The notes under the pieces: model-generated
Database searches by the model: none
Seen by the model: only the letters and a program-made list of their open reading frames with translations
Told to the model about the DNA's origin: nothing
Origin: Pseudomonadota bacterium
GTDB lineage: Bacteria; Bdellovibrionota_F; JAHFAK01; JBDREC01
Direction of reading: 5' to 3'
Length of the DNA: 20,000 nucleotides
Assembly: GCA_043820105.1 (NCBI GenBank)
Contig: JBDREC010000012.1
Coordinates: 58,078-78,077, forward strand
Made by a program: the position numbers and the translations under genes
Shown here: positions 8,998 to 18,320 of the stretch, one piece after another
How the letters are laid out: each line of letters starts with the position of its first letter
Position numbering within the stretch: position 1 is the first letter of the stretch

Positions 8998-11217
8998 ATG
9001 ATGAATAAATATTTTATAAGAATTTTGATATTATTATTATTTATAACCTTATTATATGCTGAAAAAGAAGAAGTAAAACTCGGCAAAGTTATTTCTCCAA
9101 AAGAACTGAAAATATTAAAACGAATAAATCTTACAAATGCAGTTGGAATTGCAAACTGGGTTTCTCAAAGAGCCGCCAGAAATGAATCAGCAGCTGGTGC
9201 ACAAACAGTGATAGCTGGCTCTTCTGAAGAAGAGAAATTAACAGAGTATTTAACTGAACAACTTACAAAATTGGGTTATAAAGTTAGTGAGGAAAGATTT
9301 CCAGCTCTCATGTATTCTTATGAAAAATGCAATCTTAGATTTGGTGGAAAAAAAATTACAGGATATATTTATGGTGACTCACCTGGGACCATGGGAACAT
9401 ATATTGGCAAAAAATATAGAAAAGGAAATTTTTCAAGCGGTGAAAAAATTGTTGGAGACTTAGTTAATATTGGCAGAGGAACAAAGGAAGAAATTTCCCG
9501 CGTTGGTTCAATTAATCAAAAAGTAGTCCTTATAAAGAGGGATGACTCAGTCACATACTTTCCCAGAGCAGCCATTCAAGAAGCCTATGAAGAAGGAGCC
9601 ATCGCTGCCATACTCTATGGTTATTCAAAAGACTCCATTGAAGTTGATGCGATCAGGCAAGATTCTATTCAAAGCCCTATTCCAGCTATAACAATTAGCA
9701 AAACAAGCGCACAATATATTCAAAAAGAACTTGCAGCAGGAATCACAAGAATCGATATTGAAAGTCTTGTTAAAATAAACCAAAGCAAAGGTCGAAATCT
9801 AGTTGCAATTTCAAGAGGAAAACAGATACCAGATGAATATATTATAATTGGAGCCCACCTTGATAGATGGTTTGAAGGTTGTCACAAATCAGCAGCTGGA
9901 ATCGCAGCATTGCTTGAATTAGCAAGATTATTCAGGCCAGGATATTATGATAATAATCGTTCTATAGCATTTGTGATATTTTCCGGACATGAAACCGCTG
10001 GCCCAGGATCTTTTGTAAATTATAATGCAGGCTCTGCTGATTTTATTTACAAACACAGTGAAGTTAGAAAAAATGGTATAATCTATTTAAATCTTTCATC
10101 TATTGGCGGAAGAAGCAAAACAGGCTATTTAAATACTGACATGCTTATAAATAATTACTTTAAGGAAATATATACTGACCTGGAATTATTGGGAAAATAT
10201 GATTTGATTTCAGAAATAAAGCCTAAATCTGATGCATATATTTTTTGGGCAAAAGCAGGTGTCCCTACTTTAGATCTTTTTAGAATGGGCTCTGAAACAT
10301 TAACTGATAATACTAACAAAGATATCCTGGAAGAATTATCAGAATTCAATTACCTGGCAGATATTAAAATTGCTGCTCTAACATTATACAGATTCGATAA
10401 TAAAATTTCATTGCCATATAAATTAAGCACTTTCACAAAATGGCTTATTGATAAAATATCTGATGCAAATGCTTATATTGTCAATTCTTCTCACAAACAA
10501 ATGGATTCTCTCACTGCCCAGCTTAAGCTTTTACACAAAAACCTTTCAAAATTTGAAACAATTATGGAAAAAACATTTCCAAAAGCAGAACTTGGAAATA
10601 TTATTACAACTGAAAAATATGACAAAAATCTCTATGCCTGGGCAGTTGATTTTAATATGACAATGAGAAAACTTTCTAATCAACTAATTCCTGAAAGTTT
10701 AAGCTCTTGTGGGCATTATCCCTATGAATCTTCATGTGCTTATATTGAACAGGAATTAAATGACATTGCAAATCTTAAAAAAGTGGCTTATCATCTTAAA
10801 ATTGACGATGTAAAGGGAGCAAAAGCATTTTTAGAAAAGATACCTACTCTTGGATGGGGAAAACTTTTCAGTAAAAAAACATATCTAACCCTAAGAACAT
10901 GGATGGATACCAGAACCAGCTTCTGGTATAATGAAACAAGAGGAAAACAATACTTTCTGCCTGTTGAGCTTTTTGACTTATATGAAAAATTAAATCAATT
11001 CACAGGAATTCAAACTCCTTTAAAAAGTAAGGGAGAAGCATTTAAAAATGAAATAAATCAGCTTCTTGCTTTCACAAAAATCTTAAATGAAACTATTGCT
11101 AAAAAGAATGAAAATTTTGAAATTGTTGTAAAAAATTGCAATTCAATTTTAGATGAATTCTTTATCAAATATAAGGATAAATTCGAAGCAAAAAAAGCAT
11201 GGGAAACATATAATTAA
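8998..11217 (+). CDS. Exported M28-family peptidase-like protein with PA domain and helical C-terminal domain; active site degenerate
   Basis: N-terminal signal/anchor. PA domain (LVNIGRGT, KVVLIKR, A.EEGAIAAILY, IPAITIS). M28 scaffold (N.VA...G...PDEYIIIGAHLD, AGIAALLELAR, RSIAFVIFSG, SD...F..AGVP). Helical C-terminus starting LPYK. Confidence 0.85.
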   Translation: MMNKYFIRILILLLFITLLYAEKEEVKLGKVISPKELKILKRINLTNAVGIANWVSQRAARNESAAGAQTVIAGSSEEEKLTEYLTEQLTKLGYKVSEERFPALMYSYEKCNLRFGGKKITGYIYGDSPGTMGTYIGKKYRKGNFSSGEKIVGDLVNIGRGTKEEISRVGSINQKVVLIKRDDSVTYFPRAAIQEAYEEGAIAAILYGYSKDSIEVDAIRQDSIQSPIPAITISKTSAQYIQKELAAGITRIDIESLVKINQSKGRNLVAISRGKQIPDEYIIIGAHLDRWFEGCHKSAAGIAALLELARLFRPGYYDNNRSIAFVIFSGHETAGPGSFVNYNAGSADFIYKHSEVRKNGIIYLNLSSIGGRSKTGYLNTDMLINNYFKEIYTDLELLGKYDLISEIKPKSDAYIFWAKAGVPTLDLFRMGSETLTDNTNKDILEELSEFNYLADIKIAALTLYRFDNKISLPYKLSTFTKWLIDKISDANAYIVNSSHKQMDSLTAQLKLLHKNLSKFETIMEKTFPKAELGNIITTEKYDKNLYAWAVDFNMTMRKLSNQLIPESLSSCGHYPYESSCAYIEQELNDIANLKKVAYHLKIDDVKGAKAFLEKIPTLGWGKLFSKKTYLTLRTWMDTRTSFWYNETRGKQYFLPVELFDLYEKLNQFTGIQTPLKSKGEAFKNEINQLLAFTKILNETIAKKNENFEIVVKNCNSILDEFFIKYKDKFEAKKAWETYN

Positions 11218-11230
11218 TGGAGGGTTCCAG

Positions 11231-13354
11231 GTGGAAAATTTTTTATTTAAGGCGATTTTTCTTATCATTTGCCTTTTTGGATTCGTGGGATGTATGAAGA
11301 ATCTTCACAAATCAAATATATATTATCCTCAGGCAAGAATGGATTCAGAAGTTGTGGATAACTTTCATGGCACCTTAGTTAAAGATCCATATAGGTGGTT
11401 AGAAGATCACGATTCAGCTGAAACAAAGGAATGGATTGAAAAACAAAATCAAATAAGCAAAAAATTTATTGAAGATGGAGATACCAAAGAAAAACTTACA
11501 AAAAGGCTTTCTAAAATTTGGAACTATCCAAAATATTCTTCGCCTATCAAGAAAAATGAAACCTATTTTTATTTTAAAAATAATGGCCTTCAAGATCAAT
11601 CAGTAATGTATATGACAAAAGATTTTGTAAATGAAAAAATCCTTTTAGATCCTAATGCTTTAAGCAAAGATGGCACAATTGCACTCACTGAATTTGCAAT
11701 TTCACCTGATGCTAAATATATTGCATATTTAACAAGTGCTTCTGGCTCTGATTGGCAAACATTATATCTTATAAATACAGAAACTTTGCAGGATGAAACT
11801 GATCTATTAAAATGGTGTAGGTTTACTGAAATTGCCTGGACACATGATAATAAAGGCTTTTTCTATAATAGATATTTAAAATCTGAAGATAAAACCTTTG
11901 ATTATAATGCGATTTTTTATCATGTGCTTGGCACAAATCAGGATCATGATAAATTAATTTATTCTGACCCTAAAAACAAAGATTTAGTTTATTCCCCTGA
12001 AATTTCATCTGATGGTGAATATATTTTAATTAATGCTGAAGCTGGAACTGATCCTAACAATATGTATTTCATCAAAAAAATTGCTTTAGAAGGCGATTTT
12101 AGGCATTTGCTAGGAAAAGGCAGAGCCTTATATCATTTTTTAGGAAATGATGCTGAAACCTTTTATTTTGTAACTAACTTAAATGCTGACAGAGCAAAGG
12201 TTATAGCAGTAGATCTTAATAATCCTGATCCCAAGAATTTTATAACAATTATTCATGAAACTGAAGATGCAATTGATGAAGAATTTTCAAAAATAATTAA
12301 TAATAAATTTGTAATTACATATAAGCATCATGCTTATCATATCATTAAAATCTATGATAAAAATGGAAAGTTTGAAAATGAAATTGCACTTCCTGCAATT
12401 GGTTCAATCACAGCTTTAAATGGCTCTGAAAAAGATGAGGCCGCTTATTTAACCTTTGAGTCCTTTTTATTGCCTGAAACTATTTATAAATATGATTTTA
12501 CTAAAAATGAGCTCTCTGTGCACAAAGAAGTAAAAATCGACTTTGACTCAGATAAATTTGAAACAAAGCAGGTTTTTTATAAGTCAAAAGATGGCACAAT
12601 AGTGCCAATGTTTCTAACGTATAAAAAGGGAATCAAATTAGACTCTAGCAATCCAACATTATTATATGGTTATGGTGGTTTCAATGTTAGCAAAACACCT
12701 ATTTTCAAAGCAGGTCACTTGGTTTTTTTAGAAGCTGGTGGCATTTATGCACAAGCCAGCATCAGAGGTGGCGACGAATATGGAGAAAAATGGCATACAG
12801 ATGGAATGCTACAAAATAAGCAAAATGTTTTTGATGATTTTATAGCTGGAGCTGAATTTCTTATTAAAAACAATTATACAACAATGGAAAAATTAGCAAT
12901 TCTAGGCGGATCAAATGGCGGTTTGCTAACAGCTGCATGCATGCTGCAAAAACCAGAATTGTTTGGGGCAGTTATTTCTAATGTTGGTGTCTTAGATATG
13001 CTGAGATATCATAAGTTTACCATTGGATATTACTGGATTCCAGAATATGGAGATCCAGATAATCCCGAGCATTTTAAATTCTTATATAAGTATTCTCCCC
13101 TGCACAATATAAAAGAAAATGTAGCTTATCCACCCTTGCTTGTAATGACAGCAGATCATGATGACAGAGTTGATCCCGCTCATTCTAAAAAGTTTATAGC
13201 AACTCTCAATGAAAAATATAATGGCCCAAATCCAATTTTATTAAGAGTTGAGTTCAAGGCAGGTCATGGTAAAGGCAAACCAACTTCAAAAGCAATTGAA
13301 GAATATGCTGACATGTATTCGTTTATCTATAAGACCCTAGATATCGATTATTAA
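11231..13354 (+). CDS. Prolyl oligopeptidase (S9A), probable lipoprotein
   Basis: DPYRWLED, beta-propeller region, YGYGGF, RGG.EYG..WH and KQNVFDDF. Triad GGSNGG (Ser), DHDDRV (Asp), AGHG (His). Start revised to GTG 11231 (RBS GGAGG at 11219-11223), giving a signal peptide that ends in lipobox-like FVGC. Confidence 0.95.
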   Translation: MENFLFKAIFLIICLFGFVGCMKNLHKSNIYYPQARMDSEVVDNFHGTLVKDPYRWLEDHDSAETKEWIEKQNQISKKFIEDGDTKEKLTKRLSKIWNYPKYSSPIKKNETYFYFKNNGLQDQSVMYMTKDFVNEKILLDPNALSKDGTIALTEFAISPDAKYIAYLTSASGSDWQTLYLINTETLQDETDLLKWCRFTEIAWTHDNKGFFYNRYLKSEDKTFDYNAIFYHVLGTNQDHDKLIYSDPKNKDLVYSPEISSDGEYILINAEAGTDPNNMYFIKKIALEGDFRHLLGKGRALYHFLGNDAETFYFVTNLNADRAKVIAVDLNNPDPKNFITIIHETEDAIDEEFSKIINNKFVITYKHHAYHIIKIYDKNGKFENEIALPAIGSITALNGSEKDEAAYLTFESFLLPETIYKYDFTKNELSVHKEVKIDFDSDKFETKQVFYKSKDGTIVPMFLTYKKGIKLDSSNPTLLYGYGGFNVSKTPIFKAGHLVFLEAGGIYAQASIRGGDEYGEKWHTDGMLQNKQNVFDDFIAGAEFLIKNNYTTMEKLAILGGSNGGLLTAACMLQKPELFGAVISNVGVLDMLRYHKFTIGYYWIPEYGDPDNPEHFKFLYKYSPLHNIKENVAYPPLLVMTADHDDRVDPAHSKKFIATLNEKYNGPNPILLRVEFKAGHGKGKPTSKAIEEYADMYSFIYKTLDIDY

Positions 13355-13440
13355 TTCTATTTATCTTTTAATACTAAAAATATTTTTTCGAATCCACTTT
13401 ATTGCACTAAATTTGTGAATTTATGTTTTTTTTTTTGAAT

Positions 13441-14586
13441 TTATATTTTTTCTAAAGAACAAAGTATTTTTTCGGTAATAATAGTTTCATTATAACTTTT
13501 TCTAATAATATTTTGCAATTCTTTTGCTTTTATTTTTGCTTCATTAAAATTTTCATAGACCTCTTTTAATAAATATGAAGCATGATTTCTGTCAGCTACA
13601 GCCCACTTTTGATCTCTTGAATAAATCTTTTTTGCCCTTTTATCTATAACTTGTGAAAGCTTATAATCTACTAAATATGATAAATTACTGTCCAAATAAT
13701 CACATTGCCCACCCCAAGCAGTCATTATTACAGGATTAGCATAGTTTGCAGCCTCAAAAGGGCACATTCCAAATCCTTCGGATCTTGCAAGTGAAATAAA
13801 ACAGTCTCCTCTTTTGTGAAGAGATGAAATATGTTCATCTGGTATTTCTTTATCAATTAATATTATTTGGGCCGGATTTTTATATTTCTTTTGGATTTTT
13901 TTCACAGCCTTTTTAACAGTAAAAATATTTTGAAGTCTAGGGTGTACGGTAAAATCTTTATCACTAGTCTTAATAAGTAAAGTTACAGGATCATCTTTTG
14001 TAAATGTTTGCAAATAAGATTCAATCAGATCATAAATAGCTTTTCTAAAGGTCCATGTCCCTATAGAATAAAAAAGAAATTTATTTTTAGGAATTTGATA
14101 TAAATCTTCAAAAGTATCATCTGTATCCATGTCATATTGACCAATGATATGGGGAATAACTTCTATAGGTTTGTTAATTTTGCAATTTTTAAAAACTCTA
14201 GCTGTAAACTCACTTGGAACAAAAATAAGATCAGGTATTTGCAGTAATTTATACCAGCTTTGAGGAATTTTATCGGTTTCCCAGACTGTATAGCCAATTA
14301 TCTTTTTTCCAGCCTCATATTTTTTTATTATAGGAAAATATTCTGGTACAGTGTGTACAATAACAGTATCATAATTGATCCTTTTATTACAAAAACCAAG
14401 CATATTTTCAATTTCCAGGTTCTCACCAGAATAAGGCTCATAGCCATAGCCTAATCCAGGTCCAACTACAAGGGGTGTCCACGTTAAGTCTATCTTTTGG
14501 CTTTTTGCCAAGCCTTTAAAATACCTGGATCCTGAAATACCATATCCTGACTTTTCATGGAATGATATATACTTTAATCCTCTCAT
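13441..14586 (-). CDS. Glycosyltransferase, GT-B fold, family 4
   Basis: SGYG N-terminal motif, YTVWETD, D.IFVPSEF, RK donor-binding motif and DCFISLARSEGFGMCPFEA (EX7E) followed by PVI.T..GG..D. Confidence 0.9.
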   Translation of the reverse strand: MRGLKYISFHEKSGYGISGSRYFKGLAKSQKIDLTWTPLVVGPGLGYGYEPYSGENLEIENMLGFCNKRINYDTVIVHTVPEYFPIIKKYEAGKKIIGYTVWETDKIPQSWYKLLQIPDLIFVPSEFTARVFKNCKINKPIEVIPHIIGQYDMDTDDTFEDLYQIPKNKFLFYSIGTWTFRKAIYDLIESYLQTFTKDDPVTLLIKTSDKDFTVHPRLQNIFTVKKAVKKIQKKYKNPAQIILIDKEIPDEHISSLHKRGDCFISLARSEGFGMCPFEAANYANPVIMTAWGGQCDYLDSNLSYLVDYKLSQVIDKRAKKIYSRDQKWAVADRNHASYLLKEVYENFNEAKIKAKELQNIIRKSYNETIITEKILCSLEKI

Positions 14587-14684
14587 TTTTATCTCAATCT
14601 TATGAAATACATCATAAGTATTTATATCATTTATTTTAAGTTGATAGCAATCATAATTTCAGATATATATTTAAGGTACAGGAA

Positions 14685-17600
14685 TTATTTTACTAAACTA
14701 TTAATAAAAAGCATTTTGATTAACTTCATAACCTTATCCACCAAAGCCATTTCAGGATAAATCTCATGTGATATCTTTAAAACATCACCTTCAAGTTTTT
14801 GTGCAACTCTATTCTTACCTGCGAGTAATTCAAGCAAAAATTCTGCATTAATTGCTGAAGTTTCATGATATTTGATGAAAATTGCTTCTTTTGTAGAATC
14901 TATTTTGAATATTGCATATTTTTTTGCAAGCATCTTGAGTTTTACTAAATCAGCCATATTTGAAACAGGAACTGGAACTTTTCCCATTCTATCTATTAGC
15001 TCTGAAATAATATTCTCAACATCTTCATTATCCTGGCAATTTGCAAATCTACGATAGTATAAAATCCTCATATTTTGGTCTGACATGTAATCTGAAGGAA
15101 TAAAGGCTGGGATGTTTAGTTTTATATCAACATCAATTTCCTCATCAATTGTTTCACCTTTCATTTGGCGAATTGTATTTTCAAGCATTTTTACAAAAAG
15201 TTCAAGACCAATGGCATTAATGTGACCTGATTGCACTTCACCCAAAATATTTCCACCACCGCGTATTTCAAGATCATGCATTGAAACTTTAAAACCTGAG
15301 CCAAGGTCTGTATATCTTTGAATAACTTTTAAACGCTTTTTAGCATCATCAGTGATCAGTTCAATATCTGGGATCAATAAATAGGCATATGCTATTCTAT
15401 CTGACCGTCCAACTCTTCCTCTTAGTTGATAAAGTTGAGCAAGTCCAAATCTATCTGCTTTATTTATTATCATAGTATTTGCATTTGTAATATCAAGACC
15501 TGATTCAACAATCGTACTGCAAACAAGGCAATCAATTTTTTGACAAACAAAATCAACCATGATTTTTTCAAGTTGATTTGGTGACATTTGTCCATGTGCA
15601 TAAGCAAAACTTACATCCGGGCAAAGCTTCTGAAGATAGTTTGTCATTGCCTGAATAGTTCTGACCGTATTATGAATAAAATAAACCTGACCAGACCTTC
15701 GTACTTCATTATAAATTGCCTCTTTTATCAATAATTCATCGAATTTAGAGACAAACGTTTTAACAGCCTTTCTAGACGCTGGAGGTGTATTAATAACAGA
15801 AAGATCCCTTAACCCCATCATGGAAAATTGAAGAGTTCTTGGAATTGGAGTGGCAGTTAATGTTAGAACATCAACCTTTGATTTCATTAACTTTAGTTTT
15901 TCCTTATGCTGGACTCCAAAACGATGTTCTTCATCAACTATTATTAAACCAAGGTTTTTGAATTTTATTTTTTCACCAAGAAGTTTATGCGTTCCAATAA
16001 CTATATCAATTAAACCTTCACTTAATTCTTTAATAATTTCCTTCTGTTTTGGAATTTTTTGAAGTCTTGATAGAAACTCAACTTTAAGGGGGTAGTTTTT
16101 TAATCTTTTTGTGAAAGTTTCATAGTGCTGCAAGACAAGTACAGTGGTTGGAGCAATAATAGCAACCTGATATCCTTCCATTGAAGCCTTAAAAGAAGCC
16201 CTAATCGCCACCTCCGTCTTGCCAAAGCCAACGTCACCACAAACAAGTCTGTCCATTGGAACATCTTTTTCCATGTCTTCATATACATCTTCAATCGTTC
16301 GAAGTTGGTCCTGGGTTTCATCAAAGGTAAAAGTAGCTTCAAATTGGTCAAGCAGACTGTCTCTTTTTGCAAAAGCATGCCCTTTTATGATTTTTCTTTG
16401 AGCATAAAGAGCAACCAGTTCTTTGGCCACCTTTTCTATCATTTTCTGGGCTTTTGATTTTTTTGCCTCCCAGGCTTTTCCACCCAGTCTATCAAGAGCA
16501 GTTTCAGAATCCTTTGATTTAATAAACTTTTGCAAATAAAATATCTTATCAACAGGTAAGTACAAAAGATCATTGCCTGAATAAGTTATTGATAAATATT
16601 CAGATTCAAGATTCCCATGTTTCAAATTCACAAGGCCATCAAAACGACCTACTCCATGATCAAGGTGAACTACATAATCTCCAACAGATAAGTCACTAAT
16701 ATCAAAAGCTGATTTTTTAGATTTTAAAGCTTTTCTATAAGTCCTTGCTTTTTCACCAAATAAATCTTCAGTAGTAATCAGTGCAAATTTATTCTTATAT
16801 GAAATAAAGCCTTTTCCAATATCACTAATTAAAATTGGAAAAACACTTGGGCTTTCATTAACAAGATCAATGTGATCCTTTTCTTTTAGTATCACAGTTT
16901 TCAAATTATGAGCAGACTCTAAATACTTACTCATCTTCTCAGCTTGGAACAAATTTCCCGCAACAAAATATAATTTAAAATTAGAATGTTGCAAAACTTT
17001 CTCAAGTAATTTTTGAATATCATCATTGGGATAAACCAAGGCAAGTTCTAGCACCTCTTTCAAGTCAATCGTTTTAACAGAGTTTTCAATTTTGAATTTT
17101 GAATTTTGAATTTTGAATTCAGAAGTTTGACTCTGGCACCTTGTTTCTGTTGAATTTTCAATTTTGAATTTTGAATTTTGAATTTTGAATTCATTTCTAA
17201 GTTCGTCTGAAACTGAATCTGATGAATAAAACTCTGAAAAAGAAATTTCACCAAATGAGTTCAGTGTTTTTTTAAACTCTTCAATTCTAGTGAAAATCAT
17301 TTCAGGTGGAAAGATTGCCCTATTTTGATCTTTTACCTCAGTATATTTCTTGCTTAAGGAATTTTCAAATATTTCAATTTTGCTATAAATATCTTCAGAA
17401 TAAGCCAGAATTGGATTTTGCTTTCTATTTTGAAAATATTCTAAAATATTTGATAAATTGTCGTAAAATAATGGGCCATAAAAATCAATCCCTGGAAAAT
17501 ACATGCGATTTTCAAGTTTTGCTGCAAATTTTTTCTGTTCTTTTCGTGAAAAATCTAGACTCTCAAACAAGTCTTTGGTTTTTTTGAGCATTTCAGCTTT

Positions 17601-18320
17601 GTTATCTTGTAGATAGGCAAATTCTCTTTCAAAGGTAATAATATATTCATCAAGTTCCTTGCTTGAAAGCTGAGTATCAATATTAAATTGCTTAATGTTT
17701 TCAATTGTATCACCAAAAAAATCAATCCTGGCTGGATGTTTGTAAAGGCAGGAAAAAATATCTAAAATACTGCCTCTTTTTGAAAACTCCCCTGCTTCAT
17801 AAATTAGCTCTTGTCTTGCATAACCAATGCTAATAAGCTTGTTTAAAAGCTCTTCAATATTATATTCTTTTTCTTTTTCCAGTCTTATAATTGATGAATT
17901 TAAAGTTTCACTAGAAGCTGTTTTAAAAAGAAATGATTCCAAGGGACTGATAAAAATTATGGGCTCTTTTATATTATTAAGCTCATGTAAAGATCTAACT
18001 CTATTAGCTAATATATCATCACTAACTGAAACTTCTGAATAAATAGGAACATCAAGCCAGGGCATTACAATAATATTTTCAGATCCAATTTTACTATTAT
18101 TATTTGAAGCTTGTGAAATTTCTTCAGGTAAGACATTACTTAAATTTATATCAAATTTTTTAAGTACGTCTAGATAGAATTTGCAAATTTTCTGTATCTT
18201 ATAAGCTTCATCATTGTTTTTTGCAACTATTAAAAGGTCTTGGTTAGAAGTCCTAAACAGATATGTTAAGAATAAAAGTAAGGCAGAGTTTACTTCTGAT
18301 TCTACTCTAAATTTTTTCAT
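14685..18320 (-). CDS. mfd: Transcription-repair coupling factor Mfd
   Basis: UvrB-homology region (GEFSKRGSILDIF, RIDFFGD.IE.I..F...TQ.S), CarD/RID (GDYVVH.DHGVGRF), helicase motifs CGDVGFGKTEVA, DEEHRFG, TATPIPRT and QLRGRVGR, TRG motif DLEIRG.GNILG..QSG and TRCF C-terminal domain. Confidence 0.98.
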   Translation of the reverse strand: MKKFRVESEVNSALLLFLTYLFRTSNQDLLIVAKNNDEAYKIQKICKFYLDVLKKFDINLSNVLPEEISQASNNNSKIGSENIIVMPWLDVPIYSEVSVSDDILANRVRSLHELNNIKEPIIFISPLESFLFKTASSETLNSSIIRLEKEKEYNIEELLNKLISIGYARQELIYEAGEFSKRGSILDIFSCLYKHPARIDFFGDTIENIKQFNIDTQLSSKELDEYIITFEREFAYLQDNKAEMLKKTKDLFESLDFSRKEQKKFAAKLENRMYFPGIDFYGPLFYDNLSNILEYFQNRKQNPILAYSEDIYSKIEIFENSLSKKYTEVKDQNRAIFPPEMIFTRIEEFKKTLNSFGEISFSEFYSSDSVSDELRNEFKIQNSKFKIENSTETRCQSQTSEFKIQNSKFKIENSVKTIDLKEVLELALVYPNDDIQKLLEKVLQHSNFKLYFVAGNLFQAEKMSKYLESAHNLKTVILKEKDHIDLVNESPSVFPILISDIGKGFISYKNKFALITTEDLFGEKARTYRKALKSKKSAFDISDLSVGDYVVHLDHGVGRFDGLVNLKHGNLESEYLSITYSGNDLLYLPVDKIFYLQKFIKSKDSETALDRLGGKAWEAKKSKAQKMIEKVAKELVALYAQRKIIKGHAFAKRDSLLDQFEATFTFDETQDQLRTIEDVYEDMEKDVPMDRLVCGDVGFGKTEVAIRASFKASMEGYQVAIIAPTTVLVLQHYETFTKRLKNYPLKVEFLSRLQKIPKQKEIIKELSEGLIDIVIGTHKLLGEKIKFKNLGLIIVDEEHRFGVQHKEKLKLMKSKVDVLTLTATPIPRTLQFSMMGLRDLSVINTPPASRKAVKTFVSKFDELLIKEAIYNEVRRSGQVYFIHNTVRTIQAMTNYLQKLCPDVSFAYAHGQMSPNQLEKIMVDFVCQKIDCLVCSTIVESGLDITNANTMIINKADRFGLAQLYQLRGRVGRSDRIAYAYLLIPDIELITDDAKKRLKVIQRYTDLGSGFKVSMHDLEIRGGGNILGEVQSGHINAIGLELFVKMLENTIRQMKGETIDEEIDVDIKLNIPAFIPSDYMSDQNMRILYYRRFANCQDNEDVENIISELIDRMGKVPVPVSNMADLVKLKMLAKKYAIFKIDSTKEAIFIKYHETSAINAEFLLELLAGKNRVAQKLEGDVLKISHEIYPEMALVDKVMKLIKMLFINSLVK
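17083..17193. repeat. Two identical 39-bp heptamer blocks [TTTTCAA(TTTTGAA)4TTCA] 72 bp apart, in frame within mfd
   Basis: Blocks at 17083-17121 and 17155-17193 with a 33-bp spacer. They encode EFKIQNSKFKIENS twice. Confidence 0.95.

Noticed and set aside
11153-11230. ORF-track N-terminal extension of the prolyl oligopeptidase
   Set aside because: It overlaps the upstream gene by 65 bp. GTG 11231 has a GGAGG RBS and yields a proper signal peptide.
13355-13440. Terminator between the convergent POP and GT4 genes
   Set aside because: A T-run exists near 13426-13436, but no convincing GC-rich stem precedes it.
17133-17150. TGGCAC motif in the mfd spacer as a second sigma54 promoter
   Set aside because: No GC at the required GG-N10-GC position.
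17083-17193. Repeat-spacer-repeat (39/33/39 bp) resembling a minimal CRISPR array
   Set aside because: The repeat is a low-complexity heptamer run, there are only two copies, it is in frame within mfd, and no cas genes or leader are present.
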